Counted from the first letter of the stretch, positions 8,148 to 17,380 are shown. The stretch: DNA of 64,000 bases from Omnitrophica WOR_2 bacterium GWF2_43_52 (GCA_001805445.1 MHGF01000028.1:73651-137650), one strand, 5' to 3'. The notes: a model not told the origin generated them from the letters alone. Program-made: numbers and translations.

Positions 8148-9143
8148 TTATCGGTTGCGAAAATACGCGCAGATACAAGCCTTATCTAAACGCAGAGAAA
8201 TTTTGAAGGGTAAATCAACAATTGATCCGATAGGTCGGTTATATGCCATATCTTTAATCTCTTTAATATGCCTGGCAGTAAGCCTGCGGGTATCACCTTT
8301 TAAGCGTTCAAACGTAAACCTTAGGGCTAAATTCTGGAGCGCAGGATGCAGGAGAAAGAATTTTTTTAGGTCTAGTCTAACACAGCTTCCGGTTTCAATT
8401 GTTTTAATAGCTTGAAAAGCCTTAGAACCCGCAGCCAAAAGGTAATCATAATCCAAGGCGATATGTTCAGCGGTAGCAGCTAAAACTGTTTTGATATTAG
8501 GATTGTATTTTTTTAGTTCGCCTAACAGCTTGTGCCGGATCCTGTTACGCAGATAAACCTCGCTTTGATTCGTTATATCTATCCTTGGGGTAATCTTCCT
8601 TAATCTAAGGAATGTTTCAATTTCACTTCTTTGAATTTCCAGTAATGGCCTGATAATAACAAAATCCCCCATCTTTTTACGAGGCAGAATACCCGCCAGC
8701 CCCATGAGCCCGCTGCCGCGGAGCATACGCATCAGCACGGTCTCCGCCTGGTCATCTAACGTATGGCCTAAGGCAATCTTTTTGGCTCCGACTTTCTTTG
8801 CTGTTTCAAAAAAGAAATCAAAACGTTCTTTTCGCGCCAGCTCTTCAAACGAGCCTTTTTGCGCGAGTTTTGCGATAGCTACCTTTTTAAAGAACGCGGG
8901 GATCTTCAATTTCTCTGATAACTCAAAAACAAACCGCGCGTCTTTTTCAGAGTCTTTACCTCTGAGCATATGATCAAGATGAGCGATAGAGAGCGTCAGG
9001 CCATATTCTTTTTGCAGCGCCCTTAAAAGATACACCAGGCATACCGAATCCGGTCCTCCTGAAACACCGATGACAATCGTATCGTTTGCGTTTATTAACT
9101 GAGAGCGCTTTACTGATTGCTTAAACTTACTAAGAAGGGGCAT
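8148..9143 (-). CDS. tilS: tRNA(Ile)-lysidine synthetase
   Basis: PP-loop SGGPDS; conserved tilS-ftsH neighbourhood. Confidence 0.85.
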   Translation of the reverse strand: MPLLSKFKQSVKRSQLINANDTIVIGVSGGPDSVCLVYLLRALQKEYGLTLSIAHLDHMLRGKDSEKDARFVFELSEKLKIPAFFKKVAIAKLAQKGSFEELARKERFDFFFETAKKVGAKKIALGHTLDDQAETVLMRMLRGSGLMGLAGILPRKKMGDFVIIRPLLEIQRSEIETFLRLRKITPRIDITNQSEVYLRNRIRHKLLGELKKYNPNIKTVLAATAEHIALDYDYLLAAGSKAFQAIKTIETGSCVRLDLKKFFLLHPALQNLALRFTFERLKGDTRRLTARHIKEIKDMAYNRPIGSIVDLPFKISLRLDKACICAYFRNR

Positions 9144-9636
9144 TAAGAGGGGGCTGCTGCTTCTTTTCTTTCTCTAAATCAATCTTGAGAAATTCATACA
9201 ACTGGTCTTTAAGCTTTTTGATTCGCTCATTCTCTTCAGCTTCTGCCAAGGCATCCTGCTGATCAATGCGCTTTCGATAGGCTTCGTTATGCTCGTAACG
9301 GTATTCGGAAATAATATGAAATGGCATCTTAAGGGTATTGGCAAACACACTCCAGATAATCTTGGGGAAATGAGTTATATACCTGGTCAGATAATCTTCA
9401 ATCTGCCCCATCTTGAGGTAATAATTCTCAACGGCAGCCTTTCTCCTTAAATAACGGATTTTGGCTTTACCACGGTCTTCTGGAGCTTTATTATCTAAAT
9501 CAACCGTATATTCAGGTATTACATACCCAAACCTCGCCACAGTATATCCGCCGAATGTTTCTGACTTCTGAAACGTATGCACCGTACAGCCGGTAAAGCA
9601 AAAAAGAGCGCAAAAGAATACCAGAAATTTCTTCAT
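9130..9636 (-). CDS. Hypothetical lipoprotein
   Basis: Signal peptide with lipobox FTGC; no recognisable domain. Confidence 0.5.
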   Translation of the reverse strand: MKKFLVFFCALFCFTGCTVHTFQKSETFGGYTVARFGYVIPEYTVDLDNKAPEDRGKAKIRYLRRKAAVENYYLKMGQIEDYLTRYITHFPKIIWSVFANTLKMPFHIISEYRYEHNEAYRKRIDQQDALAEAEENERIKKLKDQLYEFLKIDLEKEKKQQPPLNAPS

Positions 9637-9666
9637 TATTACCTCCTATACCAGCTCAGGGCGGAA

Positions 9667-9740
9667 GAAAAAGGGGACGGGTTCATTTTTTCTGGAACTA
9701 TCTCTATTTTTTTATAAAAAATGAACCCGTCCCCTTTCTT
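9667..9740. terminator. Hairpin with the same 20-bp stem as 811-878 (copy 2), different loop; intrinsic terminator candidate next to tRNA-CAU
   Basis: AAAAAGGGGACGGGTTCATTTTTT ... AAAAAATGAACCCGTCCCCTTT seen directly. Confidence 0.6.
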
Positions 9741-9750
9741 GGTTTTTTGG

Positions 9751-9827
9751 TGGTGGCGGGAACTGGATTTGAACCAGCGACCTAACGGGTATGAGCCGTC
9801 TGCTCCACCGGGCTGAGCTATCCCGCC
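9751..9827 (-). tRNA. tRNA with anticodon CAU (elongator Met or lysidine-modified Ile2), CCA encoded
   Basis: GGCGGGAUAGCUCAGCCCGGUGGAGCAGACGGCUCAUACCCGUUAGGUCGCUGGUUCAAAUCCAGUUCCCGCCACCA; G1-C72 pair argues against initiator. Confidence 0.8.
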
Positions 9828-9876
9828 ATTATTTCTTGTTAAACCAACCTCGTTTAAGCTCCTTGCTCAATGCTTA

Positions 9877-10719
9877 TTACTTCTTTCTGTAGGCATCAAG
9901 ATAGGAATCACAATAAATATGCTTATTCAATACCAAATCCGAGGTAATCGCGCTATCTACAAGCTCCTTATCCAAGGGATCAAGAATTGCCGCGTCCAGG
10001 CCAAATCCGACTGCCATAATCAGGAAGGTTCTGTTGACCAAGCTTCGCTGGCAGGTACCTTGCGAAACATTGCTTAAGCCCACCACTGTTTGAGGCGCGG
10101 GATCTGAAATTATTTTAAAATCATGGATTGATTCTAGAATATCCCTCATCTGTGACTGAGCCACATTGACCGGCATAACTATCGGGTCGAGATATAAATC
10201 CTCTATAGGAAAACCTTTCTCCTGCGCGAAAGCCACAATGCCTGCCGCTAGTTCTAGGCGCTGATCCTTATTCTGCGGAATCCCTTTTTTGCTGATGGTC
10301 AGGCCAATAAGCTTAGCGTTATAACGCAGCGCAAGAGGAACTAACCCTTCAAGCTTTTCCTCATCAGCAGTAGTAGAATTGATAATTGCCTTACCCTTTA
10401 AGACCTTTAATCCCGCCTCAACAACCGCGGGCCTGCTGGAATCAATGGCAATAGTCTTATCCGTTACCTCCTGAATAGTAGTAATCAACCATTGGATATC
10501 ATTCACCGGATCCTTCGATGCCGGGCCGCAGTTTACGTCAAGCGCGTCCGCCCCGGCCTTTATCTGGTCAAGGGCCTTTTGTTGAATAACGCCTTTGTCC
10601 TTGGTTTGAATGGCTTTTCCAATGTCCTTATACATTCCATTAATTAATTCACCGATTATAAACATCGCCTCACTCCTCTTGTAATAGCCAATAACTTCGG
10701 GTCGATAGTCTATGGTCAA
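9877..10719 (-). CDS. acsE: Methyltetrahydrofolate:corrinoid/iron-sulfur protein methyltransferase (pterin-binding, AcsE-like)
   Basis: DHPS-like pterin-binding barrel motifs (IIGELIN, DALDVN); size and context match acsE. Confidence 0.7.
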   Translation of the reverse strand: MTIDYRPEVIGYYKRSEAMFIIGELINGMYKDIGKAIQTKDKGVIQQKALDQIKAGADALDVNCGPASKDPVNDIQWLITTIQEVTDKTIAIDSSRPAVVEAGLKVLKGKAIINSTTADEEKLEGLVPLALRYNAKLIGLTISKKGIPQNKDQRLELAAGIVAFAQEKGFPIEDLYLDPIVMPVNVAQSQMRDILESIHDFKIISDPAPQTVVGLSNVSQGTCQRSLVNRTFLIMAVGFGLDAAILDPLDKELVDSAITSDLVLNKHIYCDSYLDAYRKK

Positions 10720-10770
10720 TAGTCTATAGTTTACGTTTTCTATTGACTATCGGCCATAGGCCATAGACCC
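10697..10770. repeat. Intergenic imperfect palindrome built from GATAGTC/ATGGTC units (family also at 18741-18830, 37331-37365, 56578-56695)
   Basis: GGGTCGATAGTCTATGGTCAATAGTCTATAG ... CTATTGACTATCGGCCATAGGCCATAGACCC. Confidence 0.7.
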
Positions 10771-10783
10771 ACGTTATTTTTTC

Positions 10784-11749
10784 CTATCCCCTCATTAATT
10801 CATCAATATGGTTCCTGACTAATTCCGCGCTTTTAGGATGCCTCATTACCATAATATTGGCTCCCGACTGCAAAAACGCCGTAGCCGTAAGCGCCTCCCA
10901 GGTAACACCTCTGTCTAATTCAGCGCCCCAACTGGGAAATTCAGAAACAAGGGCCTTTGCCTCTTTTGCCCTCCAGGCTTCATACCCTACAAAACAGATA
11001 AAAGGCATTGCCAGCATCTTATCTCCCGAGAGTGCCGCCAAACGCGCCCTTTCCATAATCGAATACGCGTATTCTAGCCCATAGCCTAACGCCCCTACCG
11101 TAGGATTAATGGCGATACGCTCATGCGGCAGGCTCATATCGGTAATAAGAATATTAAGCTGTTTAGCGATATTGATATCGATGGGCGACTGGGCGATAAT
11201 ACTATGGCCATCTGCCAACACACTCGCGGTAAGTGTTTTATAATTATCCTGAACCACTTCACCGATTAAAATCTTTTCTCCTTTTGCCGCCTGAGAGCAT
11301 CGGGGAAGAACCTCATTATCCCGTTTATCTTCACCGCACCCAACTAAAATCAAGGGGATGGTAGTTACCTTTAAAACATCAATAACTACTTTGACTAAGT
11401 GGTCAACGGGCTTATTCTGGGCATCAGGGTGCGCGCCCGCGAGCCGAAGGCACAGCAGGTCTGCCTTAAATTCTTTTTCACACTTTATCGCCCACTCGAC
11501 GGGGTTTTTGATGGCGCTGCCGAGTGCCGAGGTAAGCGTCAAAGGCCAGTCATCAGGAGGAGTGTCTAAAATTTCCATGGCAATGACCGGGCGATGGGGA
11601 ATTTTACCTTCACTAAATAAAAATGGCAGTGATTCCTCCCCTCCGCATTGTACAACCTTTTGTCGCGTTCCCCCTTCTTCTTTTATCGCGCCTATAGTTA
11701 ACGTACTTACCGCATTTGACCATTTTTCTTTTACCAACTCAAGCGCCAT
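10784..11749 (-). CDS. acsD: Corrinoid iron-sulfur protein small subunit (AcsD/CdhD-like)
   Basis: 321 aa TIM-barrel protein, length and neighbours (acsE, cooC, acsC) fit CFeSP small subunit. Confidence 0.7.
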   Translation of the reverse strand: MALELVKEKWSNAVSTLTIGAIKEEGGTRQKVVQCGGEESLPFLFSEGKIPHRPVIAMEILDTPPDDWPLTLTSALGSAIKNPVEWAIKCEKEFKADLLCLRLAGAHPDAQNKPVDHLVKVVIDVLKVTTIPLILVGCGEDKRDNEVLPRCSQAAKGEKILIGEVVQDNYKTLTASVLADGHSIIAQSPIDINIAKQLNILITDMSLPHERIAINPTVGALGYGLEYAYSIMERARLAALSGDKMLAMPFICFVGYEAWRAKEAKALVSEFPSWGAELDRGVTWEALTATAFLQSGANIMVMRHPKSAELVRNHIDELMRG

Positions 11750-11789
11750 AATAATCCTCCCCCTCGTATATTATGTGTAATTAGCTATG

Positions 11790-11930
11790 TTAATTGAGAG
11801 AATCAGGTAATAGGGGAATCAGGATTTGATAATCAGGGTATCAGGATATTGGGGACAAAATATCAATATTTTCCTAATCCCCTGATTTCCCAATCCCCAA
11901 ATCCTAATTCCCTGATACCCTGATATCCGC
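11790..11930. repeat. Large dyad element: purine-rich arm of GGGGAATCAGG/GGATATTGGGG units, A/T core, then complementary pyrimidine-rich arm; copy 1 of 3
   Basis: Seen directly; related copies at 39945-40080 and 55925-56075; shared right end AATATCCGCTTTTA. Confidence 0.7.
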
Positions 11931-11951
11931 TTTTAACATGTTGCAAACCCA

Positions 11952-12701
11952 CTATCTAGCTAAAATTTTCTCAAGTATCTTCTTAACTTCTACAAACGCC
12001 TTTGATGATTCTTCTAAATCCGTTATAGATTTACCCTGGCGGCTTAAATTCAGCAGATTCTCATCCTCGGGGATTACCCCCGCGATTTCCACTCCTAATT
12101 CCTGTATCTTATCGCTTAGTATAATGCTATGAGTACGGTTTAAGATCAACGCTATATTCTTGATGTCTATTTCTAATTCCTTGACCAACGCAATAATCCT
12201 TTTTGCCGCCCGTAAGCCTGCCTCTGAAGAATCTGAAACCAGAAGCAGCCTATCCGCCCGGCGCATCGTTTTACGGGATAAATGTTCAAAGCCAGCCTCA
12301 TTATCGAGCACGATATAATCGTAATCATCAGCGATATTTTTAATCAGGGTACGTAACAGATTATTCACATAACAATAACAACCCGGGCCCTCAGGCCTTC
12401 CCATAGTCAGGATATCAAAACCGTCATTCTCTACGATACTGGTCTGAATACGGTAATCGATAAACCTATCCTTACTCATACCTACAGGCACAAGCCCCGG
12501 ATTCTTAGCGATTGCGTCAACAATACTCCCTATATCTTCTTTTACCTTTAAGCCTAATGCCTCGGCAAGGTTACTGTTGGGGTCAGCGTCAATACCCAGC
12601 ACTGAGCCAATGCCACGCCCAGCAAGCATATTCACTAAAAGCGATGACACTGTTGTCTTTCCTGTTCCGCCTTTTCCCGCTACTGCTATTATAAAACTCA
12701 T
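11952..12701 (-). CDS. cooC: CooC/AcsF-type nickel-insertion ATPase (MinD/ParA fold)
   Basis: Deviant Walker A AVAGKGGTGKTT; ~250 aa; embedded in CFeSP/ACS gene set. Confidence 0.75.
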   Translation of the reverse strand: MSFIIAVAGKGGTGKTTVSSLLVNMLAGRGIGSVLGIDADPNSNLAEALGLKVKEDIGSIVDAIAKNPGLVPVGMSKDRFIDYRIQTSIVENDGFDILTMGRPEGPGCYCYVNNLLRTLIKNIADDYDYIVLDNEAGFEHLSRKTMRRADRLLLVSDSSEAGLRAAKRIIALVKELEIDIKNIALILNRTHSIILSDKIQELGVEIAGVIPEDENLLNLSRQGKSITDLEESSKAFVEVKKILEKILAR

Positions 12702-12781
12702 TTTTAGCCTATAGAGCGTAGAGCCTATAGAGTATAGGTACAGCTTACTTCTATACCCTAAAAAACTATTCGCTCCTTCCC

Positions 12782-14716
12782 CTAAAATCTTACATTTGGA
12801 AACTTTGCCAAATCCGTATGCGGGAAAAATAATGCCGCCACATACTCATCCATATAGTTAGGCTCAACCGAAAGCTCAAAATACGTCAACTGCTTGGCAA
12901 TGGCATCCGCGTCAAAAAGCGCGTCGTGAGAAAGGATAATCTCTCTCGCCCCTATCAGAGAGCTATTGCCGACGAAAAAAAATTTTCCGCTCGGCAAATC
13001 CGGAAGCAAACCTATAGCGATGGCATTGGCCATATCCACCGAAGTGCCGAATCCGCCGGCGATAAATACCTGCTCCAAGTTATCAAAGGATAAATCCATA
13101 TGGCGTACCAGCATTGAGCTTGCCGCGTAGATTGCCCCCTTTGCCCTTTTCAGATTCTCTATATCCATCTCATTAATCACAATATCGCCTGTAGTACCCA
13201 CATCTTCCTTAAAAGCGATAACAAACTCTTTGCCGTATTCACCATCGCGGATACGCTTATGTATAAGTGAGCCGTTTATTTTTCCGCTTCGGTCAATTAT
13301 TCCCGCGCGTAAAAGCTCTGTGATAATATCAATGTACCCGGAACCGCAAATCCCCGAGGCTGCTACCTTCATTATCGTTTCATACTGAACATCAAATGTC
13401 GCAGGGTCAATTTTGACTTTTTGGATGGCGCCTTTTGACGCCCGCATGCCGCAAGTAACTCCGCTTCCTTCAAAACACGGGCCGGCGGAGGCGGCAGCTG
13501 AAATCAACCAGTCTTTATTGCCTAAGACTATTTCCCCGTTTGTGCCGATATCAATAAGCAGGCTTAGTTTTTCTGTCTTATCCATGCCGCAGGCAAGGAC
13601 ACCCGCGGTAATATCCCCTCCCACATAGCTTGAGACCCCCGGCACACAGCCAAGCAGGCCTCTGGGGTTGAGCTTGATACCGGCCTCTGCCGCGCGTATT
13701 ACCGGTACAAAATTCGCCGTCGGCACATACGGCTCGCGGCGGATGTAGGTTGGGTCAACCTTAAGGAGAAGATGTATCATCGTGGTATTTCCGGCGCAGA
13801 CACAACAGGTCACATCATTTAAATCTATAGCATGTTCCACAGTCAATTCCTGAATCATCCTGTTCATTTCATCAATAACCACATGGTGCAGCTTTTCCAA
13901 GCCATCGGGTTCATGGGCAAAAATAATCCGGGTAATGACGTCCGCGCCATAACTTGCCTGTTTATTAAAGGCGGCCTTGGTGCCTAAGATTTTTTTTGAG
14001 TTTAAATCAATGAGCTGGCCGGAAATAGTAGTCGTCCCGATATCAAAGGCAAAACCGTAATTGCGGCCGGAGGTATCCCGTGGCTCAACAATGACAATTT
14101 CGGTTGTGCCGTTACGCTTGCCCAAGGTTACCGTAATCTCCCAATCACTGGTTCTTAAAAGCTCACCTAAGCGGCGGATATTGGCAATGCCTGTCTGAAG
14201 TACCGGGATATCCTGAAAAGCGCGTATTACCCGGTATATCCGTTCCAGGTCGCTTATCTTGTCATCCAAATTCGGTTTGGGCAGTTTTAAAAAAAGCTTG
14301 GTAGCAAGGGGCGAATGAATAAAAAACTCCTCGCTTACTACTGACTCACCCTTATCTACATCAACCGGCTCAGAGAATATCCCTTTAAGCCGAAGCATAT
14401 AGCTATCATCTTCAGAAATACTCCGGGAATCAAGGCGCGATTCTTTAGGAATCTCTACCTCTACATCGCTCTGGGCAACGCTCAGGCAAGAAAGATGATA
14501 CCCCTGCTTTCTTTCTTCAAGAGTAATCCTTCCCGTAGGCAGGCTTGCCACCTGCCCTTTTTTCACAATAACCTTGCACCTGCCGCAAACACCGTCTCCT
14601 CCGCAGCTGGAATTGATATGAATCCCCGCTGAGATAGCCGCGGAAAGGATAGTTGCCCCTTTTTCCACTTCAATTACCTTGTTATCCGGAAAAAACTGTA
14701 TTTTATATTTTTCCAT
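12782..14716 (-). CDS. Reductive activator of corrinoid iron-sulfur protein (RACo-like; N-terminal [2Fe-2S] ferredoxin + ASKHA ATPase)
   Basis: N-terminal plant-type ferredoxin Cys pattern (SCGGDGVCGRCKV...C), 644 aa, located between acsC and cooC. Confidence 0.75.
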   Translation of the reverse strand: MEKYKIQFFPDNKVIEVEKGATILSAAISAGIHINSSCGGDGVCGRCKVIVKKGQVASLPTGRITLEERKQGYHLSCLSVAQSDVEVEIPKESRLDSRSISEDDSYMLRLKGIFSEPVDVDKGESVVSEEFFIHSPLATKLFLKLPKPNLDDKISDLERIYRVIRAFQDIPVLQTGIANIRRLGELLRTSDWEITVTLGKRNGTTEIVIVEPRDTSGRNYGFAFDIGTTTISGQLIDLNSKKILGTKAAFNKQASYGADVITRIIFAHEPDGLEKLHHVVIDEMNRMIQELTVEHAIDLNDVTCCVCAGNTTMIHLLLKVDPTYIRREPYVPTANFVPVIRAAEAGIKLNPRGLLGCVPGVSSYVGGDITAGVLACGMDKTEKLSLLIDIGTNGEIVLGNKDWLISAAASAGPCFEGSGVTCGMRASKGAIQKVKIDPATFDVQYETIMKVAASGICGSGYIDIITELLRAGIIDRSGKINGSLIHKRIRDGEYGKEFVIAFKEDVGTTGDIVINEMDIENLKRAKGAIYAASSMLVRHMDLSFDNLEQVFIAGGFGTSVDMANAIAIGLLPDLPSGKFFFVGNSSLIGAREIILSHDALFDADAIAKQLTYFELSVEPNYMDEYVAALFFPHTDLAKFPNVRF

Positions 14717-14801
14717 ATTTACAGCTATAAGCTATCGGCTGAAGGCTTCCGCCGTAGGCGGATCCGCCTTCGGCGAGGATAGCCAACAACCAAATTATTT
14801 C

Positions 14802-16136
14802 CTATGATAAATTTTTAAGAAACGTGGGTATTCCTGCCGCTTCCTTCGGCCCTACCACGATTTTCCAGCCGCTTTTTTCCTCTAAATCACCACTCATAAC
14901 CGCTACGTATCCGGGAATAATGAGATTGCGGTGTTTCAGCTTCTCTTCCACCCCTGATTTCTTCAGGCTCTCCGCTATTTTCTCGGGAGTGAATTTCTCC
15001 GCTGCCCAGGCAGTCAAAACCGACATACCTTCAGTATTCACGCTTAAGATATACGTCGGTACCTTACTAGCCTCTACCTCACCTAAGACGGTATAATAGG
15101 TGAGTGAAAAATTCGTCGTCACTAATGCCGGAGAATTTTCCGTAGTATTGCCTATCGCATAGAGCTTTGATTCTATTTGTAGTGGTTTTTGCGGGTCGGT
15201 ATAAATATTCTGGCGAAGAGTAAGTAATGCCAAAACCGCCCATTCTTCAAAGGTGTTAAGCAAAATAATCCCGGCATATTTGGCGATATAATCCCCTGCC
15301 CTGATGACTTCCGCCTGCGAGGCAAGCTTATCCATGACGCACATCAAAGGATATCCTACAGCACGGTTTGCTTTTTTAAGCGCAAGCCTGCGTAGCTGCG
15401 TCATCTCTGCAATGACTTTAGCCTGCTGGTTTTTAGTATCAACATCAATGACAAGATCGAGAACGCCAAGTTCATTTGCCTTCTTAGTTAACTCCGGCAG
15501 GGTATCCCAGGATTCAGCCTTTATCGCAAGAGGGCTCGCGTTTTCTTTCGCCAAGGCGGATAGATCAGCGATAGTCTGGCTGTTTGCAGCGTACACAAGA
15601 GGCCTTTTGCCAGCCAAAATCTTTAAAGCACCAGCCAAAGCCTTGGTATCCTGGCTCATCAATACGATTCCTACGCTCGTTAGGCCGGAAATCAGCGTTA
15701 CAACATCAATAAACCTCTGCGTGTCTTTAGTCTGCTTTATGGCTATAAGGTCGGTTTTTAAATGCTGGCCAACACGCTCAAAATGAAGTTTCCCTATCTT
15801 CAGAAGGCGCTCTTTAATTTCGGTATCTAACAGGCTGTCTTCAATAATAAATCCGAGAGCCGCGGGATGGTGAAACTTCTCCTCATGGCGAAACATTACC
15901 GTTTCATTGCCTATCTCAGACTTATTTTTCTCATCACCGATTAAAGCCAGCCGTATGGGCGGCTGAGACTGGGCATCGAGCGCCTGTTTTGCCTCTTTGC
16001 TGACATAGGGGCACTTCTCTAAAGACACTGCTTTCTTTGCTAATGAAAGCGCGAAGGCAAGGCAGGTAGGGAACCCGCATTCACGGCAATTGGTCTTAGG
16101 AAGAAGCTTGTAAATATCCAATCCTGATAGTGCCAT
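14802..16136 (-). CDS. acsC: Corrinoid iron-sulfur protein large subunit (AcsC/CdhE-like)
   Basis: N-terminal [4Fe-4S] motif CRECGFPTCLAFA...CPY closely matches AcsC N-terminus; 444 aa. Confidence 0.8.
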   Translation of the reverse strand: MALSGLDIYKLLPKTNCRECGFPTCLAFALSLAKKAVSLEKCPYVSKEAKQALDAQSQPPIRLALIGDEKNKSEIGNETVMFRHEEKFHHPAALGFIIEDSLLDTEIKERLLKIGKLHFERVGQHLKTDLIAIKQTKDTQRFIDVVTLISGLTSVGIVLMSQDTKALAGALKILAGKRPLVYAANSQTIADLSALAKENASPLAIKAESWDTLPELTKKANELGVLDLVIDVDTKNQQAKVIAEMTQLRRLALKKANRAVGYPLMCVMDKLASQAEVIRAGDYIAKYAGIILLNTFEEWAVLALLTLRQNIYTDPQKPLQIESKLYAIGNTTENSPALVTTNFSLTYYTVLGEVEASKVPTYILSVNTEGMSVLTAWAAEKFTPEKIAESLKKSGVEEKLKHRNLIIPGYVAVMSGDLEEKSGWKIVVGPKEAAGIPTFLKNLS

Positions 16137-16189
16137 CTAACACCTCGCTTTATATACCATCGACGTTTACTTTTCCCACCCCGCCCTCC

Positions 16190-16227
16190 TCAACCTACGC
16201 GGTTGAATTTTCAACCGCGTAGGTTGA
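16190..16227. promoter_or_regulatory. 38-bp near-perfect palindrome of two TCAACC-N5-GGTTGAA sites, 54-91 nt upstream of acsC start; candidate operator
   Basis: TCAACCTACGCGGTTGAA T TTCAACCGCGTAGGTTGAA seen directly; same motif twice upstream of the 1500-aa gene (49814-49872). Confidence 0.6.
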
Positions 16228-16236
16228 AGGTAACGG

Positions 16237-16644
16237 TTAGAGAAGGATAAATATTTCTTCGGGACATGCCTTATACAATTCTCGCGCTAAACGCTCACAG
16301 TTTTTGTGATCATTGGCTTCACGCAGTTTTTCTATGATACCCTCCTGTAAAGCCAGGGTAATATCTTTTTTATTCTCACAATGTATGAATTTGACTTTAA
16401 TACCTTTACCGTTATATTTTTTGATATTCCCTTTGCCATAGGTGCAACCGGTGGAAAGTTGCAAGCCGTCAATCAAACAAGACTTGGGCTTCTGGCTTGC
16501 TCCCCAAATCTTAACCTCTAATCCGAAATGCGGTTTGGCTTTGATTTTTCTAAGCGCGTACTCTCCCATCAATAGCCCTAAAACTAAATAAGGGCCAAGA
16601 TGCCCATGGAACTCTATCGCCCGCTGTAAAAAAGGTTTCTTCAC
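16237..16644 (-). CDS. FmdE-family protein (formylmethanofuran dehydrogenase subunit E-like domain)
   Basis: FHGHLGPYLVLG motif characteristic of FmdE/FwdE domain; conserved Cys pairs; 135 aa. Confidence 0.65.
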   Translation of the reverse strand: MKKPFLQRAIEFHGHLGPYLVLGLLMGEYALRKIKAKPHFGLEVKIWGASQKPKSCLIDGLQLSTGCTYGKGNIKKYNGKGIKVKFIHCENKKDITLALQEGIIEKLREANDHKNCERLARELYKACPEEIFILL

Positions 16645-16653
16645 TTCTATCCC

Positions 16654-17325
16654 CTAACCTCTATTTATCATTCCCGCTAAATACCCTGCGCCAAAACCGT
16701 TATCTATATTTACCACCGCCACACCCGGAGAACAGCTATTGAGCATGGTTAAAAGCGCTGAAAGCCCCTTAAAATTCGCCCCGTATCCGATGCTAGTAGG
16801 CACGGCAATCACCGGAACCGCAACCAGCCCCCCAACCAAACTTGGCAATGCCCCTTCCATGCCCGCGGCGACAATAATTACTCTTGCCTTGCGTAACAGA
16901 TTCTTCTTATGCAAAATCCTATGCACCCCGGCAACGCCGACATCATAAAGGCGCCCAACCTTTGCTTGCATAAGCTCTGCTACCACTGCCGCTTCTTCTG
17001 CAACGGGAATATCTGAGGTTCCGGCGCTTATCACAAGGACAAAACCGCGTAACTTTACTGAAGCTTTGCCTTTCTGATACGCAATCTGGGCATGAGGATT
17101 GTAGTATAAGCCAGGAAATGCCTTTTTTAGGTAGGAATACGCTGTCGCCTTAAGCTTAGTAATTAATAAAACCTGGCCTGATTGAACAATCTTCAACGCG
17201 ATTCGTTGAATCTGTTCATTTGTTTTGCCGGGCGCGTAGATAACTTCAGGAAAACCTCTTCGTCGCGCCCTGTCTGTGTCTATTTTGGCAAACCCAAGCT
17301 CGCAATAGCCTTTATTTTTACGCAT
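16654..17325 (-). CDS. larB: Nickel-pincer cofactor biosynthesis carboxylase LarB (PurE-like)
   Basis: PurE-like segment VIIVAAGMEGALPSLVGGLVAVPVIAVPTSIGYG...VVNIDNGFGAG. Confidence 0.75.
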   Translation of the reverse strand: MRKNKGYCELGFAKIDTDRARRRGFPEVIYAPGKTNEQIQRIALKIVQSGQVLLITKLKATAYSYLKKAFPGLYYNPHAQIAYQKGKASVKLRGFVLVISAGTSDIPVAEEAAVVAELMQAKVGRLYDVGVAGVHRILHKKNLLRKARVIIVAAGMEGALPSLVGGLVAVPVIAVPTSIGYGANFKGLSALLTMLNSCSPGVAVVNIDNGFGAGYLAGMINRG

Positions 17326-17380
17326 ACTCCCGTGAGGAAATCATCCCCCGTTTTAGAAACCTTGTGATTCCCTACGGTCT

